A stretch of 63,313 nt of DNA, filler included, from Globobulimina sp. (Eukaryota), in assembly GCA_003354225.1 (NCBI GenBank). It is 12 parts of 12 records of this genome, joined end to end, with 100 filler letters (N's around TTAATTAATTAA, not from the genome) between each part and the next. Parts side by side here need not be neighbours in the genome. Positions count along the whole stretch, not along the records: positions 10,600 to 15,793 come from PIVH01000676.1; positions 15,894 to 21,087 come from PIVH01000677.1; positions 21,188 to 26,377 come from PIVH01000678.1; 9 more parts are not named here. The stretch is one strand, 5' to 3'. Position 1 is the stretch's first letter, and each line of letters opens with the position of its first letter. Under the pieces are notes generated by a model. The model was not told where the DNA came from, made no database searches, and saw nothing but the letters and a program-made list of their open reading frames with translations. Below are positions 10,923 to 23,843 of this stretch, in pieces. Position numbers and translations under genes: made by a program.

Positions 10923-11993
10923 TTAATTACGAGTGTTTTCATGTACACATTTTATTCCATTGACAGTGACATTACATTTATATGGTTTATCACCTGTATG
11001 TGTACCAATGTGTGCTATAAAACACCTGGCTGATGACAATTTAACCGCGGCAGATACCGGGTTTGTTGAATCTTGTTTACATCCAAAATCACATTGCAGC
11101 CAGTTTTTATTTGGATGATTAGCGTAATGTTCTTTAATATGAGCTTTGTATCTATCAATATCATCAAAATGTATTTTACAAACATGACAATGCACTGACA
11201 CAAAATAACATTTTTCAAAATCCGATTCTGGTGTTGGTTCTGGTTCAGGTTCCGATTCTGATGTAAAATGATATTCTGATTCAGATTCTGACGTTGGTTG
11301 AGAATCACTTTCTGACGAAATATCATTCTGTGGTGAAAAATGTATGCAACACATTCAATAAAATACGCATTACGTATTACTTAACATCAATCTCCAATGA
11401 TGTTTTATTATTTGTTTTATTTTTTGGTTTATGGAAATATTGTGATGGCGGAGGTGTCGGGGATGGCGATAACTTATTATTTCTGTTATTTATGTCGATT
11501 TTGTTGATTTCTATTTCTATTTCAGTTTCATCGATGTCCATTTGAACGGATTCGGGAAAATTAATATTACCATTTGTTATCTGTCGGAGTTGTAAACTGT
11601 ATATTTAGTGTCATTAAATATTGTAATACATAGCAATGTTTTTGTAAGAATGTTAATTATTAACTATAATTGCATGAATTTTGATTTCCATTTCTTAGCC
11701 TCTTTTTTATAAATATTGATTCCTTCTTTATAAACATATTCTCGTTTTTTTAATTCAGAAATTTGTTTTTTTAATGATTGATGTGATTGAAACAATGCAT
11801 TTAGCTTATTATGGATACCACTTTTATTATATTTACTTTTTTTTCTATTTGCTCCATTCGTATTAGTATGCGCATCAACGTCATATACATACAATTTTCT
11901 TTTCTTGGGATTGGATTTGTTTTTCTTTGTGATTGTTTTGGATTTTCTTCTTTTGTATGCATGAGATTGCGATTTGATTATTGTATTTTCCAT
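10923..11993 (-). CDS. C2H2 zinc-finger protein (three exons)
   Basis: CHVC..HIKEH, CDFGC..HIGTH and linker HTGDKPYKC. GT-AG introns join the basic/coiled-coil exon, a middle exon and the finger exon in frame. Confidence 0.7.
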
Positions 11994-12043
11994 GGTAAAG
12001 ATAGCTGTTTGTCAGTGGCTGTTTTTTGTTGTTTATCCACACA

Positions 12044-13660
12044 ATGGTAGACAACGGAGAGCTGATACATATCATTATATCGACATCAATTCTTTGGTTA
12101 TGTTTCTTACCAATATGTATCATTTGGATGAAAAAAATTTACATTGTGCGAAACTCATTGATTATGAGAAAACGATATATTAACGGCTCATTATTTTGCT
12201 GTTTTTTCCTGTGTTGCTGGATATATTTGGAAACTCCGGTAACATCTTTGGTGATATTGTTGCGACCAGAATATGGAGAATATACTGCATTTAAAATATT
12301 TAATGCATTTCAAAAATTTATATATCCATTTTGTGCCCAAGGTGGAGTGTATGCGTTGTTGTTTAGATTCTGGATGATATATTTTGAATTTATTTACAAC
12401 GAATCGCTTGAAAATGAACAATGGAAAATACAGATACATCCATCCGGAGCTTCTTCAAACGAAAAATGGATTCTTCGCCATCGTAAAGATTATGGTAATT
12501 CTCAATGGATTTCTAAAAGAATCGCAATTATTTACCTTTCTGTTGTCTCATTAACAACAATGCTTCAAATGTTATCATTATTCCATACAATGGATGTTGA
12601 GATAGCGAATATGATTGATTCTGCATTGTATATTACACCTTTAGTCTGCATCTTTGTTTTATGGTGCAAAATGCCTGCATTTTATGACTCGTTTTTGGTT
12701 CGGAGTGAATTAAAATGGATTGTTATCATTTATATTATTGGATTAGCAAAAAATATTATATTAGTTACAACATTTGCAATCAGTGATGATCCAAATGAAT
12801 ATTGGCGGAATTCTATTTGGACAGAGGTCGTTTTTTTCGCTTGTTTTTCATTGGTATTTATCCAAACAAAATATATTTTAATTAGTATTCAAAGAGATGG
12901 CGATTATTATCGAAATATATTATATCACGAAACTGATTATGAATATTCACAAAGTGGAACTGCGACGAATATGATTACGTTTTCAAGCAGTTCTCATACC
13001 GGCAGTGCAATGAAAATGAGCAAAGTAAAAAGAAAACATAAATTATGCGACATTTTACAAGATAAGATTACATTTAATTTGTTTATGCGTCATATTTCGA
13101 CAGAATTGTCCACTGAATGTATATTTTCATTTATTGAATTCACGCAATACAGAATGTTGTTGGAATCAGACGATGCATTTATGAGCAAAATCAACGCGTT
13201 TTCGGATATAAAATCAAAAAATGAAACGGAAAGTGTTATTGACAGATTGTGCAGATTTGAAACAGTTAAAAGTAAAACACAAAGCAAAGATAGTTATGAT
13301 AAGATAAGATTGTTGGATGAGGAAATAATTCCTTTGTCATTTATTGTATATCATACAAGCATTGCGGAAGAAGCTGGAAAGGTAAATAAGTATAAATGCA
13401 TTATAATAAAGTTAGCACAAAAATATATTGCCGATTCTGGTGGTTTTTGCATAAATATCAATTATGGCACAAGATTAGATATAATGGAATGGATTGCTAT
13501 GTATTGCTGTGATAAAAAAGAATTAAAATTGCAGCAATATTGCGAAATGTATCATATATTTGAAAAATGTAGGAAGGAAATGTATAAACTCATGAAACAT
13601 GTATTAACCAGATTTGTTAAAACAAATCAGTTTTTATCTCTTACTAAAAATCCAAATTGA
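12044..13660 (+). CDS. 7TM-RGS protein (multi-pass membrane domain plus regulator of G-protein signalling domain)
   Basis: About seven hydrophobic segments, then LCDILQDKITFNLFMRHISTELSTECIFSFIE...KYIADSGGFCININYGTR...IFEKCRKEMYKLM...RF. Confidence 0.85.
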   Translation: MVDNGELIHIIISTSILWLCFLPICIIWMKKIYIVRNSLIMRKRYINGSLFCCFFLCCWIYLETPVTSLVILLRPEYGEYTAFKIFNAFQKFIYPFCAQGGVYALLFRFWMIYFEFIYNESLENEQWKIQIHPSGASSNEKWILRHRKDYGNSQWISKRIAIIYLSVVSLTTMLQMLSLFHTMDVEIANMIDSALYITPLVCIFVLWCKMPAFYDSFLVRSELKWIVIIYIIGLAKNIILVTTFAISDDPNEYWRNSIWTEVVFFACFSLVFIQTKYILISIQRDGDYYRNILYHETDYEYSQSGTATNMITFSSSSHTGSAMKMSKVKRKHKLCDILQDKITFNLFMRHISTELSTECIFSFIEFTQYRMLLESDDAFMSKINAFSDIKSKNETESVIDRLCRFETVKSKTQSKDSYDKIRLLDEEIIPLSFIVYHTSIAEEAGKVNKYKCIIIKLAQKYIADSGGFCININYGTRLDIMEWIAMYCCDKKELKLQQYCEMYHIFEKCRKEMYKLMKHVLTRFVKTNQFLSLTKNPN

Positions 13661-13846
13661 TATTACGCGGTCTATTTTGCTTTACATATTATTTAGTTAT
13701 ACGCCGCACATTTATATATATATATTATTTTTTGTTTGTTTGTGTGTTTGTTTGTTAAAAAGGACCGGACCGCCGTCAGGACGAAGACGCAAACGTTTTT
13801 GGAACGTTTTTGATATAGGCGGAAAACAAATGCTTGCTTGCTTACC

Positions 13847-15364
13847 ATGTTTCCTTTCACGTTGGACAATTTTAATCACGAATTTGTTGAACAAGACACT
13901 ATACATTACAGCAGTCATATATATGGTTTGATAAAGGTGTTGACTGTATTAAACAGCCATGATCAATGTATAAAGAAAGCCAAAATAAGAAGCAATGATT
14001 GTGATGTTCTATTAATAAATCAAATTCTTACTCATAAACATGTATTTCATACAATTGAATCATTGCATTTTGATTTAATAAATTATTCAAACAGCGTTCA
14101 ATATGAGTCAAACGTAGCTGAATGCAAACATTTATTTCTATCGATATTACCAAACCTGCCATCATTAAAACAATTGTATGTTTCAATAACAACAGAAAAT
14201 TCTGCAGTGTACAAATCTTTTGTTGAATCATTTAATTATGAATTAAACAGTAATATGTATCCAAAATTGATTTTTTTCATGATTTGTCTCAATGTTACTG
14301 TTGCAAATGTTTCATTTAAGCCATTGTCAGGATTTATACGCAATCACTCATTCTATAAACTTGGCATTGAGCTGTGTTCAAGATCATGGCATGAGGTTAT
14401 TGAGGTACCTCCATTTAATAATTACTCTCAATTAATGCGTGCATTGGTTGACAAAACATCAAACTTAGAATATTTGCATATTGAAGCTTCGGATTATTCA
14501 GAAATTTCAGATATGGATGTGATATTTTGCAAATTTTTGGCAGCCAAAGGAAATCAGTTAACAACATTCAAATTTCATGCAAATACTTTAATGTTTGATG
14601 CGATTCCTGATGAAAGCTCACTTTGTTTGATGCGAGCAATGGCAAATAATTTAATCAATGTTGATACGTTATCTTTAGATTTAAATATAAAAGAGATACA
14701 ATACTTTGTTGAATTATTGAATGCTTTATGTAGTTTACAAACGTTACATTTGAAGATTCCGAAGGAAAATATATTTGCAGTGGATGATATCGGCAAATTG
14801 TTTCATGCCATTTCAAAGCATGCAGTACTGAGTGATGTTACACTTAATAATATTTGGTTTCATGTTTTGTATATTCAACAACTTGGTCAGTTATTCACTA
14901 ACTATAATTTAAAGAAATTAAGTTTGGAGCTAAGCCCTGGGATGTCATGGAATTGTCGAACGATAACAGATGAACAAACTGCATTGGTGGAAAGCAAAAA
15001 AAATAAGGGTATCGGCACCAATATTAAGCAAATAATAAATGATAATATTATTGTGAAATTATTAGAGAATCAAATATTGTATGATTGTGTGATTGAAACA
15101 ATTGAGATGCAATTAGAGAGTGTATGGAATTTACCCAAAATATTTGTATCACAGATATTACAATATATGTTTGGAACAAGTCAATCCAATAAAATGGTGC
15201 TTTCTGTGTCAAAATATAATGCATTTGGAGCAGAACAATATGCGTGGAAAATTGGTGACGAATTTGAAGAAATGTGGAATGAAATATGGAAACAATACCA
15301 AATTGATAACAATGCAGCTCACGATTTTCATAGGGAAGTGCAAGCAGAGTTTAGTTGGATGTAA
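13847..15364 (+). CDS. Hypothetical RNI-like leucine-rich-repeat protein
   Basis: Repeated LxxLxL motifs (LPSLKQLYV, NLEYLHI, SLQTLHL, LKKLSLEL). Confidence 0.55.
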   Translation: MFPFTLDNFNHEFVEQDTIHYSSHIYGLIKVLTVLNSHDQCIKKAKIRSNDCDVLLINQILTHKHVFHTIESLHFDLINYSNSVQYESNVAECKHLFLSILPNLPSLKQLYVSITTENSAVYKSFVESFNYELNSNMYPKLIFFMICLNVTVANVSFKPLSGFIRNHSFYKLGIELCSRSWHEVIEVPPFNNYSQLMRALVDKTSNLEYLHIEASDYSEISDMDVIFCKFLAAKGNQLTTFKFHANTLMFDAIPDESSLCLMRAMANNLINVDTLSLDLNIKEIQYFVELLNALCSLQTLHLKIPKENIFAVDDIGKLFHAISKHAVLSDVTLNNIWFHVLYIQQLGQLFTNYNLKKLSLELSPGMSWNCRTITDEQTALVESKKNKGIGTNIKQIINDNIIVKLLENQILYDCVIETIEMQLESVWNLPKIFVSQILQYMFGTSQSNKMVLSVSKYNAFGAEQYAWKIGDEFEEMWNEIWKQYQIDNNAAHDFHREVQAEFSWM

Positions 15365-15893
15365 TGTCAGCAGTGAATCACATAACACAAAATTATTACT
15401 GACTCATTTAGAAATTGCCATCAATTGTTACTTTTACTTGCAAAACAGTCAAATGCAACTTCAGTCAAAAATAACTTGAGTGGGGACCATGTAATACTAC
15501 TTTACGTAAAAATTTCATAATATTAAAAAAGACAATATATGCCATTTATTTTGATTGCTGATCTAAACTCTAAGCTACTAACACTATCATCACCGAAGTG
15601 TTTGAAAATCACACAGCGTCAAGAAAGAATAAATATTTATTTAAAATTAGTGAACAACAAACAAATCAAATCATAAATTATCTTTTTTCATCTTCATTTG
15701 CTTTCCAATTACCAATTATTAGTCGTGTTTCATTAACGCCAGGATACATTCCAAGTATTTCTTTATCTTTGTCAAAATAATTTGAATTAAACANNNNNNN
15801 NNNNNNNNNNNNNNNNNNNNNNNNNNNNNNNNNNNNNTTAATTAATTAANNNNNNNNNNNNNNNNNNNNNNNNNNNNNNNNNNNNNNNNNNNN

Positions 15894-18102
15894 TTGATTG
15901 ATAATGTTGATTACTATGATCAGGTCTCCACTCACCGTCAGACCCTTCACCATTATTGCTTGAAAATGATTTTTCAGACAAATTATCTTCATTGTCGCAT
16001 AATGCGGACTTGTTCTCTTCAAATAGATACATTATATTCTTATTATTATTGTGAGCAATCTGTAGTTTCAATGTAATGCATTGTATGTTAATTTCTTTCT
16101 CAGTTTTATATTTCTGCTCCACTCTTTTCCGCCTAGTATCAATATTAAAGATTCTACGACCAGATTGATATGACAATATTATTTCTTTTTGTTCCCATTC
16201 AGTTCCGATAAGTGGTGATTTTTTATTCAATTTAATTTCAAGAAAATCAAATGAAGGGGTGCCTTTCAATGGCACCTTAGGTCGATAGTAACCATGTTGT
16301 TTTTCAATAGGTGGATTATTCCATACCGATGCAGACATTCCACCTTGACATACAATTTGCGATATATCACAAATTTGATAATATTCACCGAAACCAATAA
16401 AGTGCATTTCATATACATATGTAAACAGTAATGCATCTTTTTTAATACCGCGATTGTTATAACATATTGCTGGATAAAATTTTAAATCTGTGTTATCCTG
16501 TGTTGGATACACATGCTCTTTAATGCAGTCTGGTTTAAATATCCATCGTGAGTCTATCTCTGCGTCAGTCATCATGTGTCGATGATATATTTGCGTTTCT
16601 TCTTTGCTATTATACTTTGGTATACATTCAACATCATCTATCGACATAGCTCTCACTCTTTGTGCTGATTTAAATTAATATGTAAAATGTGCGATATTAA
16701 TAGGTAAAATAACAACACACAAACCCAATTCACTTATATCTAGAACTGCATTATTGTTACAGCGGCATTTGAATAGATGACAGCATTTACAATGATTTTG
16801 CAAAAATTCGTCACATTCTTTGTTACAACACACACATTCTTTGTTACAACACAAATCACGACAATTGATTCTTTGTATAAGCATTGCTGATAATGATCCG
16901 AGCCATTGTTCCGATGAATATGTCATAAAATTCGCGGATTGTGTGATATTAAATGACTCATTAAAGCTACAATGTAAACCGCCAGGTGGTATTATTACAA
17001 TATCTCCGGGTTTCTGAACTATACAGTGTACATTTACACCTAAACACGAAAAAATATATGGATCCATTATAATGTTTTTATGTTGTAGCGGTGTCAAACA
17101 GTTCGTGTAATATTGAAATTGCAAATTGAAATATTTCATTACTTTATTATAATCTGACGGGGAAACACAATACCATACCGTATCACCACCATACAACAAA
17201 TGACTAACGTAATGAAAACTCATAGGCTCTGTATACATACATACATACATACATACATTATTTTTGCATACTTCTAAGGAAAGCATACCATTATGCCATG
17301 CAAAAAATGTATTTGCTTCACCAACGTAAATAAATGGAACTTGTATTCCAGCTTTACATTCATTATCTTGCAATACTGCGAACGGGCCATAATTTTTTAA
17401 GTCTTCAGACTTGAAAGGACTGTTAACATGGTAACATGTGATATTTGATTTGCATTCGATATGTCCTAAACATGCACTATTTCCGTTATACAGATTTTGC
17501 AACAATGTTAGATATTTGTCTTCATTCGTTTGTTTAACATAATTATTGGCAACTGATACATTGTGGCAATTAATATATTTTGTAATATTCATGGTCTCAT
17601 AACTGTCACAAGTTGTTGTGATACAACAAAATCCGCGGAAAAATCCTAATTCTTTGCATTCGATATTTTTGATATTATTTTTGATATTATTTTTATATGA
17701 ATTTTGTTTTCGAATTGCTTGTTGATGATGTACATCCCATGCAAACAATCCTATGGGAAAAGCAGTCGCTTGCTGTTGTTCATATAATAAATTATTTATG
17801 TCCGCTATTCCGTGTAATGATGGTATTGCATCCCATACACTCCCAGTATTTGTTCCGTTTGTAAAAATGTCAACACCATTTGCCGGTCGAATAAACATAA
17901 ATCCACCACTATTTTGAACAATGTCTTTTTGTGCTAACTGCATTACTTTTGGGATGAAATTCTCTGTCAACAATCCGTTTTTACCAAACTCCATGGTATG
18001 GACTTGTACAGGGTTGAATCTCAGACCCCGACACAGCTGTTGTTTGCTTAATAACGCTGCGAAATGTTTGTTTGATGTTTTAGGTTGACATGGTGAAGCC
18101 AT
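15894..18102 (-). CDS. JmjC-domain (KDM4/KDM5-like) 2OG-Fe(II) dioxygenase with C-terminal extension, 3' partial
   Basis: GIQVPFIYVG..TFFAWHNE (after removing in-frame intron 17229-17288), VWYCV, LQHK, VQKPGDIVIIPPGGLHCSFN..FNITQSANF. Intron 16665-16724 joins it in frame to ORF 15894-16656. Confidence 0.85.
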
Positions 18103-18161
18103 GAGCTGTAGTCAAAGGTTTATAGTTTAATTTTACAACAAAACAATGAAAAACCACTCTC

Positions 18162-19496
18162 TTATTTTCGATTTTGAATTTGTAAATGACTCATTATTGA
18201 CATAATAGTTTCCCATCTATGAGATAACATTCCAGCTTCACCGTCACATTTACCAACACCATGATTGAATATCGTAGTTCCTGCACCAACAAAACCCATG
18301 CAACCGCCCTCTTTAAGACTTCGCACCACCATATGTGGCAACATATACTGATTTTTGCGATGTAAATGTTGTTTATGAGCCCATCCAAACGTTTTAGTTC
18401 CATTTGCTGTTTCAAATAACTTATATAAGATTGTTAACTTTGAAAACATTGCATAATCAATATGTCCACCTAAAGCACGGTTTAAATAGTATAAAAATCC
18501 AACGGAATCTGGTATACCCAAAGAAAATCCGTTTGCAGTAATAATCATTAGCGTTAATAAAGCAACTTTAATCATACAATCCCGCTCATATTCATTAATA
18601 CATAAATCATTCATATCCAATATGTTATATATTTTCTCGCCAGCTTCATTAAACCCAACACCATTACCTCCATTTTTAGTATTTATTTTTATTAATTTCT
18701 CTTTGCTTGATGGTTTATAGTTTTTGTTAAAATGAAACGTTTGCGGGGATTTGTTGTATAAAGGATTGGTTTTGGGACACATTTGTTTTGTGTTTCTTTT
18801 GCATATTTTGACAAGTGTCTTCAACATTCGCCCGGAAAGCACTGGATTGTTATATGAGAAAAATAAAAGTTGCCCAGTCACACAATACCAACTACAATGA
18901 AAAATTTTACCATAGAAACACTGTTTCAATGTAAATATTTTAGTGAAATGTAATTGGTCTAAAATATTGTTTCCGATCATTGATAATTTAAAGGTAAATA
19001 AGTTGGTTTCATGAGCACTTAACTCGCCACGTGATTTTCTCTTTAATCCGAACCCGTCAACGAAATGTAACGTGTTTGTATCATCCCCTTCATATCCGAT
19101 ATACGCAAACGATTCCATATCCGGTACACTCGTTGAGTCGAGTTTTATTTTTCTTTTGTAAATTGCACATTTTTTACACGTTGAGATACCATCAAAGCAA
19201 TGTAACAAAATCAAACAAAGAAAGCAAGACCTTCTATCACCAGAATGCTCCGGTTGTAAACAATACATTTGCCATGCTTGATACTTAATGGTTGTGCCGC
19301 CATGATATATGAAACAATAAACTGCATCTCCTGGATTTTTTTCTGTTTCATAAACAAAAATGTTATGCCGTAATGATGGATCTAATGTTACCCCATGTTT
19401 TACCACCAACATTTTCTCATTTTCAGTTAATTTGTGTGATGGTCTGATTTCAATTTTATTACGACTACGACGACATACAAAAGATCCATCCTTCAT
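18162..19496 (-). CDS. Divergent AlkB-like 2OG-Fe(II) dioxygenase
   Basis: IPDSVGFLYY...LGGHID (HxD), SLKEGGCMGFVGAGTTIFNHGV (distal His) and MLSHRW (C-terminal Arg) occur in AlkB order. Confidence 0.55.
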   Translation of the reverse strand: MKDGSFVCRRSRNKIEIRPSHKLTENEKMLVVKHGVTLDPSLRHNIFVYETEKNPGDAVYCFIYHGGTTIKYQAWQMYCLQPEHSGDRRSCFLCLILLHCFDGISTCKKCAIYKRKIKLDSTSVPDMESFAYIGYEGDDTNTLHFVDGFGLKRKSRGELSAHETNLFTFKLSMIGNNILDQLHFTKIFTLKQCFYGKIFHCSWYCVTGQLLFFSYNNPVLSGRMLKTLVKICKRNTKQMCPKTNPLYNKSPQTFHFNKNYKPSSKEKLIKINTKNGGNGVGFNEAGEKIYNILDMNDLCINEYERDCMIKVALLTLMIITANGFSLGIPDSVGFLYYLNRALGGHIDYAMFSKLTILYKLFETANGTKTFGWAHKQHLHRKNQYMLPHMVVRSLKEGGCMGFVGAGTTIFNHGVGKCDGEAGMLSHRWETIMSIMSHLQIQNRK

Positions 19497-20394
19497 TTCT
19501 GTCCTCGCGATAGGATTGTGAAATGTAATTGGTTCGGCAAATTACTCTCTTTTGCGGTGATAATTGTTGTGCTAATTGTTGTGATAATGTTTTAAAATAT
19601 AAAAAGCATTGTACTACAAAGGGATTACTATAAAAATAATTGCGAGAGTTTATGACTTCAGTCGGTAAATCTTTATGATACAACGAAATCAATTGCATAA
19701 CATCAATATCACTGCGAAACTCATTTGATTGCCATAAAATATTGCATGCAATAGCTGTTGGGTACGTCATCTCCTTTTCCTTTTTGCAAATAAAAGTAAC
19801 AATATCTAAATCATCTGACCTGCAACGTTTGTACTCACTCCAGATACCAACTCGATAGTCCGCAGTACTTATTTTTAATCGTATCGACTTAAAATGTTTA
19901 CTAAATCCAGACCCAACTGAACTGTCATTCATAAGTCTCTCTAAATCTGTTTTTGCTGAACTTAACGTTTTATTTATTTTTGACCGTACGTCACGACTAA
20001 ATCGATTGAGTGGATATCTTTGTTTCCATTTAATGATTTGGGCATGTTGATAAGCAAAAAAATCTCTACATTGTTGACGTGTTTTCTTTGGTGTTGCATC
20101 TATTAATTCTATACTCTCTAATGCGTGACATACTACACATAATGTATGCCCACTTTGACAATTTTGACTACAACTTGCCACATCCTTACAATCTTCACCT
20201 TCACATTTAGTTGAGCCATAACATTGTGTTCCACATTTGCTATATTTATATTATAAAAAAAATGAAATTTTACTATTTTTACATCAAAGCAATGCACTTC
20301 TTAACACAAAAGCATCCATGGTTTAGCAAACAGTTTTTTAGATCTTTTTGATAATTGAATAAACTCGCTATAGTAAATATGGGTTCTTGTTCAC
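19465..20394 (-). CDS. Cys-rich hypothetical protein (multi-exon; 5' end not located)
   Basis: Intron 20240-20282 joins the upstream exon in frame: ...GCFCVKKCIALIKCGTQCYGSTKCEGEDCKDVASCSQNCQSGHTLCVVCH. Confidence 0.5.
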
Positions 20395-21427
20395 CTATTT
20401 AAAAGCATACAAACATAAAAAGAGTTGGCATACTCACTTAAAAAAACACAGACACACAAAATAAAACAAGTATTCACACAGAAAAATGTATATTGTCATT
20501 AGTTAGTTGAGAATGGTGTTTAGTGAATTAGTTACACGCTTAAGTGCACGTTGTAGCGTTCAATGCTAAAACATCAGTACTCCATAATACTCAGATGATT
20601 GCTGTCTCTTTCAGTACAGAGGCAGTCCACATCTTTGCATATTGTTGTTTATAGTTTGAAACGAACGGAGAAACAGAGAAACAATATTTGTTAAGTGCAA
20701 GGATATGGTTTAACTTTGTGACCTATTTAACCCATTATTGTCCATTTATTGTTGCGCGCGAAGCATATCAATTGAAATTAGTGGATCAATGTCGTCGATT
20801 GCGAGATTGAATATGGCTTTGATTCTGGCACTGGTTCTCTGTTGTAGTGTTGTATGACCACCAAGTTGTACTCATTATGATGCAATATACGTAGAAAGGT
20901 TACATAGCGTTCAAATTCGATTTGATGTCAAGACAACATCGTCTTCACTTTGATTAATTAAAGTTTTTAAATTTTAAGTTTTTCAAATTAAGATACACTA
21001 ATGGCACGCACTAAAAAAAAAAGCATCACGCTAAATCTAAGAATACGATGCAATCAAACGCAGTTTAGACCGCCTACAAAGTGGCAANNNNNNNNNNNNN
21101 NNNNNNNNNNNNNNNNNNNNNNNNNNNNNNNTTAATTAATTAANNNNNNNNNNNNNNNNNNNNNNNNNNNNNNNNNNNNNNNNNNNNGAGACTAGGCTTT
21201 GGATTTCAGCAGTCATCGAAATTGGCAGTATGCGTATCTTCTCTCGATACTTTAATTCCACGCGACATCATTTCCTGTAAACCTAAAGCATGGATCGGTA
21301 GACGTTTCCAGATAATATGAGTAAAATTTAAGTTCCTGGAACGACCTAAAAATATGTGAATGTAAATCTAACAGATTAAAATATATTGTTATCTCACTGT
21401 TGCCTTAATGTGTGTTGTCAATGTTAA

Positions 21428-23310
21428 TCATAGAAACGAGATATCGGGAAAGATGAATGGAGTCGGTTTGTTATCAAATTTCTTCAAATTACGAGACTTA
21501 CAATGTGATAGAAACTTAGCTATGTCAAATCGTGATAAATCATCCGCATACAAATTCTCTTTTGTTTTAATGTAATTAATTTTAACTCTTAACTTATATT
21601 CAAAACAAAACCACACAGTCCATCTAATACAATCCATCAAAAACATATCATTCGTGTTTTTCGAAATAAAAACAGCTTCACAGTGCTGATTATCACATCG
21701 TAAATTGATATCAATATTCGGTTTAAAATAATTTTTAAATGTCCAAAGTCCAGCGACAATGGCTAAAGCCTCAAAATGTGCGATGTGTTGTTCTTGTGTA
21801 TATAACATCGTTTTGTTAACATCTAAATACTTCGAATAGATAGTCATAAATTGTGTAGGTACAGTATCAAATGCCCAATGACCTTCAAAGTACGCGCCAA
21901 TCCCAGGCTGCCAATTGGGTTTCTCTCCATTTGTCGCTCCATCCGTATAAAGATTCACTTTCGGCCTATCTCCATATCCAACGACATCATATACATTTAC
22001 TCGATCACAGATATACATATATTTTATCCACAAATTTGCATCTTTTATCTCATGATCACCGAAATACATCAAAGTAGTTTCGTCGCCGTATATTCGTTTA
22101 TGAGCAGTCATTTTCATTCTCATTCTACGTAAAAATGCTGTCCCCGGCCACATTAATGCTGCCATCCACGTTAATGTACCCATTAACGACTCATATTTGT
22201 CGCTCATCAGCATTCTGCAGCTAACTATAATGATCAAAATAAGTAAACATTTCTTCTTTTTATCTGGGCCGGGTCCTACTGTCATGTCTGTGGAATCATA
22301 AATTAATCCACAAACCTCCATAATCCATGACACTAATTTCCTTTTCTCCTTTTTTTCAATGTATCCGCACGAATTAATAAATTCAAAAAATTTGTTCATA
22401 ATAAACGATTCTCGTTTGCGATTTGAAAAAGGATACGATTTAATAAATCCAATATGGTCATCAATGTAGACCAAATTTTCGATTCTTTCATTATAAAATA
22501 AAAAGGGTCGAATCCATTGTTTGAAGGCTAATAAAAGTACATTCCCAAAGTCTTGAGAATGTTTAGACGCTCCTTTGCTTCCATAGATGTCACACGTGTC
22601 CACCAAATCGATGCCCATAAACTTATAACCCATATACCTCCATTCACTCCGTGCCATTCCTAATTGTCTGAAGGCATCGGAGCCATCAGTTTTAAACATA
22701 AGACAGTATCTGCCCATAATAATTAGTTGATTGCAGAAGTCTTTACATAAAGGAACCTGCATTTTAAAATCAATGGGAGCTGTTAACTCATTAATGCTGT
22801 ACGTCCATAACGATGAGAACGTCGCATGTCTGCAAATCCGTGCCTTGCTATTTCTTCTCGTCCACATTGTAAGCGGTCCACCAGTCTTTTTGTCGACTGC
22901 TACTAATTGAATAAAATTAAGAATATTTTCATTGTCATCTAATAATGCACTTTTTGGGCCAATTTTGCCTAATTCCATCTGTTCAGCCAAATTAGTGCCA
23001 ATTTCAATCAATTCCAAAACATTCCAATCTTTCATCCTTTTTACTTTATCATTCATGGGAATATTGTAATTGTTTGTTATTCCAAGCTTCCATCCATAAT
23101 TAAGGCAAATTAATGTTTGATTAATCAAAATATGCAATTTTCTGTCATTTATTATTGGAATTTGTTTGATTGCATTGATTAAAAATGAATTATAAGGCTC
23201 TTGATGTAATTTTGAATTTTTATATTTAAAATTCTTGCATGCCTTTTTAAATCGACATTTTACTATATCCCACAAGATATTGTTCCAAACTGTGGGATTT
23301 GTATGTAATG
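21428..23310 (-). CDS. Reverse transcriptase-RNase H (DIRS/Ngaro type)
   Basis: RT motifs KTDGSDAFRQL, IYGSKGAS, VYIDDHI, CGLIYDS and SLMGTLTW. RNase H motifs LYTDGA, GIGAY, HIAHFEALAI, LRCDN and ENLYADDLSR. Confidence 0.92.
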
Positions 23311-23843
23311 CTATGTAATTTGATACAAATTATCATAAATTTCTAATCTCACGATCTCGTTTCTATCATCCGGGACGATGTTGAAAGAGAGAGATAAATG
23401 AATTAAATGTTTACGCTGCGGACGTAAACTATGAATGTAATGACATAATAAAATAACGTTTGTTACAATCCGTTGGTGTGACTTAACGACTTAGTGCGGT
23501 TTTTACAAATAAAGTTAACTAAACTTTTTGAGTAAAAGTAAAATACTAAAAACGAGAAATAAAAGTTACTATACCTCAGTTATACAATACTGTGATAAGT
23601 AATATAAAATGATAAAATAGGCTCCCCCCAAAGCCTGTATGTTAATAAAATGTAATAATTCTAAAATAGTAATTTAAGAAATAAAAATGTCCACAAATCA
23701 AATACTAATCACCACAAATCAAATACTAATAAATTAATATATAAATATAAGTGTTGATTACTATGTACACTTTGAATAAAATTAAAAGAAAATAATAGTG
23801 TAATAAAATATAAAATAAATAGCAGATAAAATTCATGAATAAA

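Noticed and set aside
21428-23310. Bacterial retron, DGR or group II intron RT, or an LTR (Ty3/copia) pol
   Set aside because: RT is followed by DIRS-type RNase H and preceded by a Cys/His gag. There is no maturase, protease, integrase, VTG motif or TR/VR pair.
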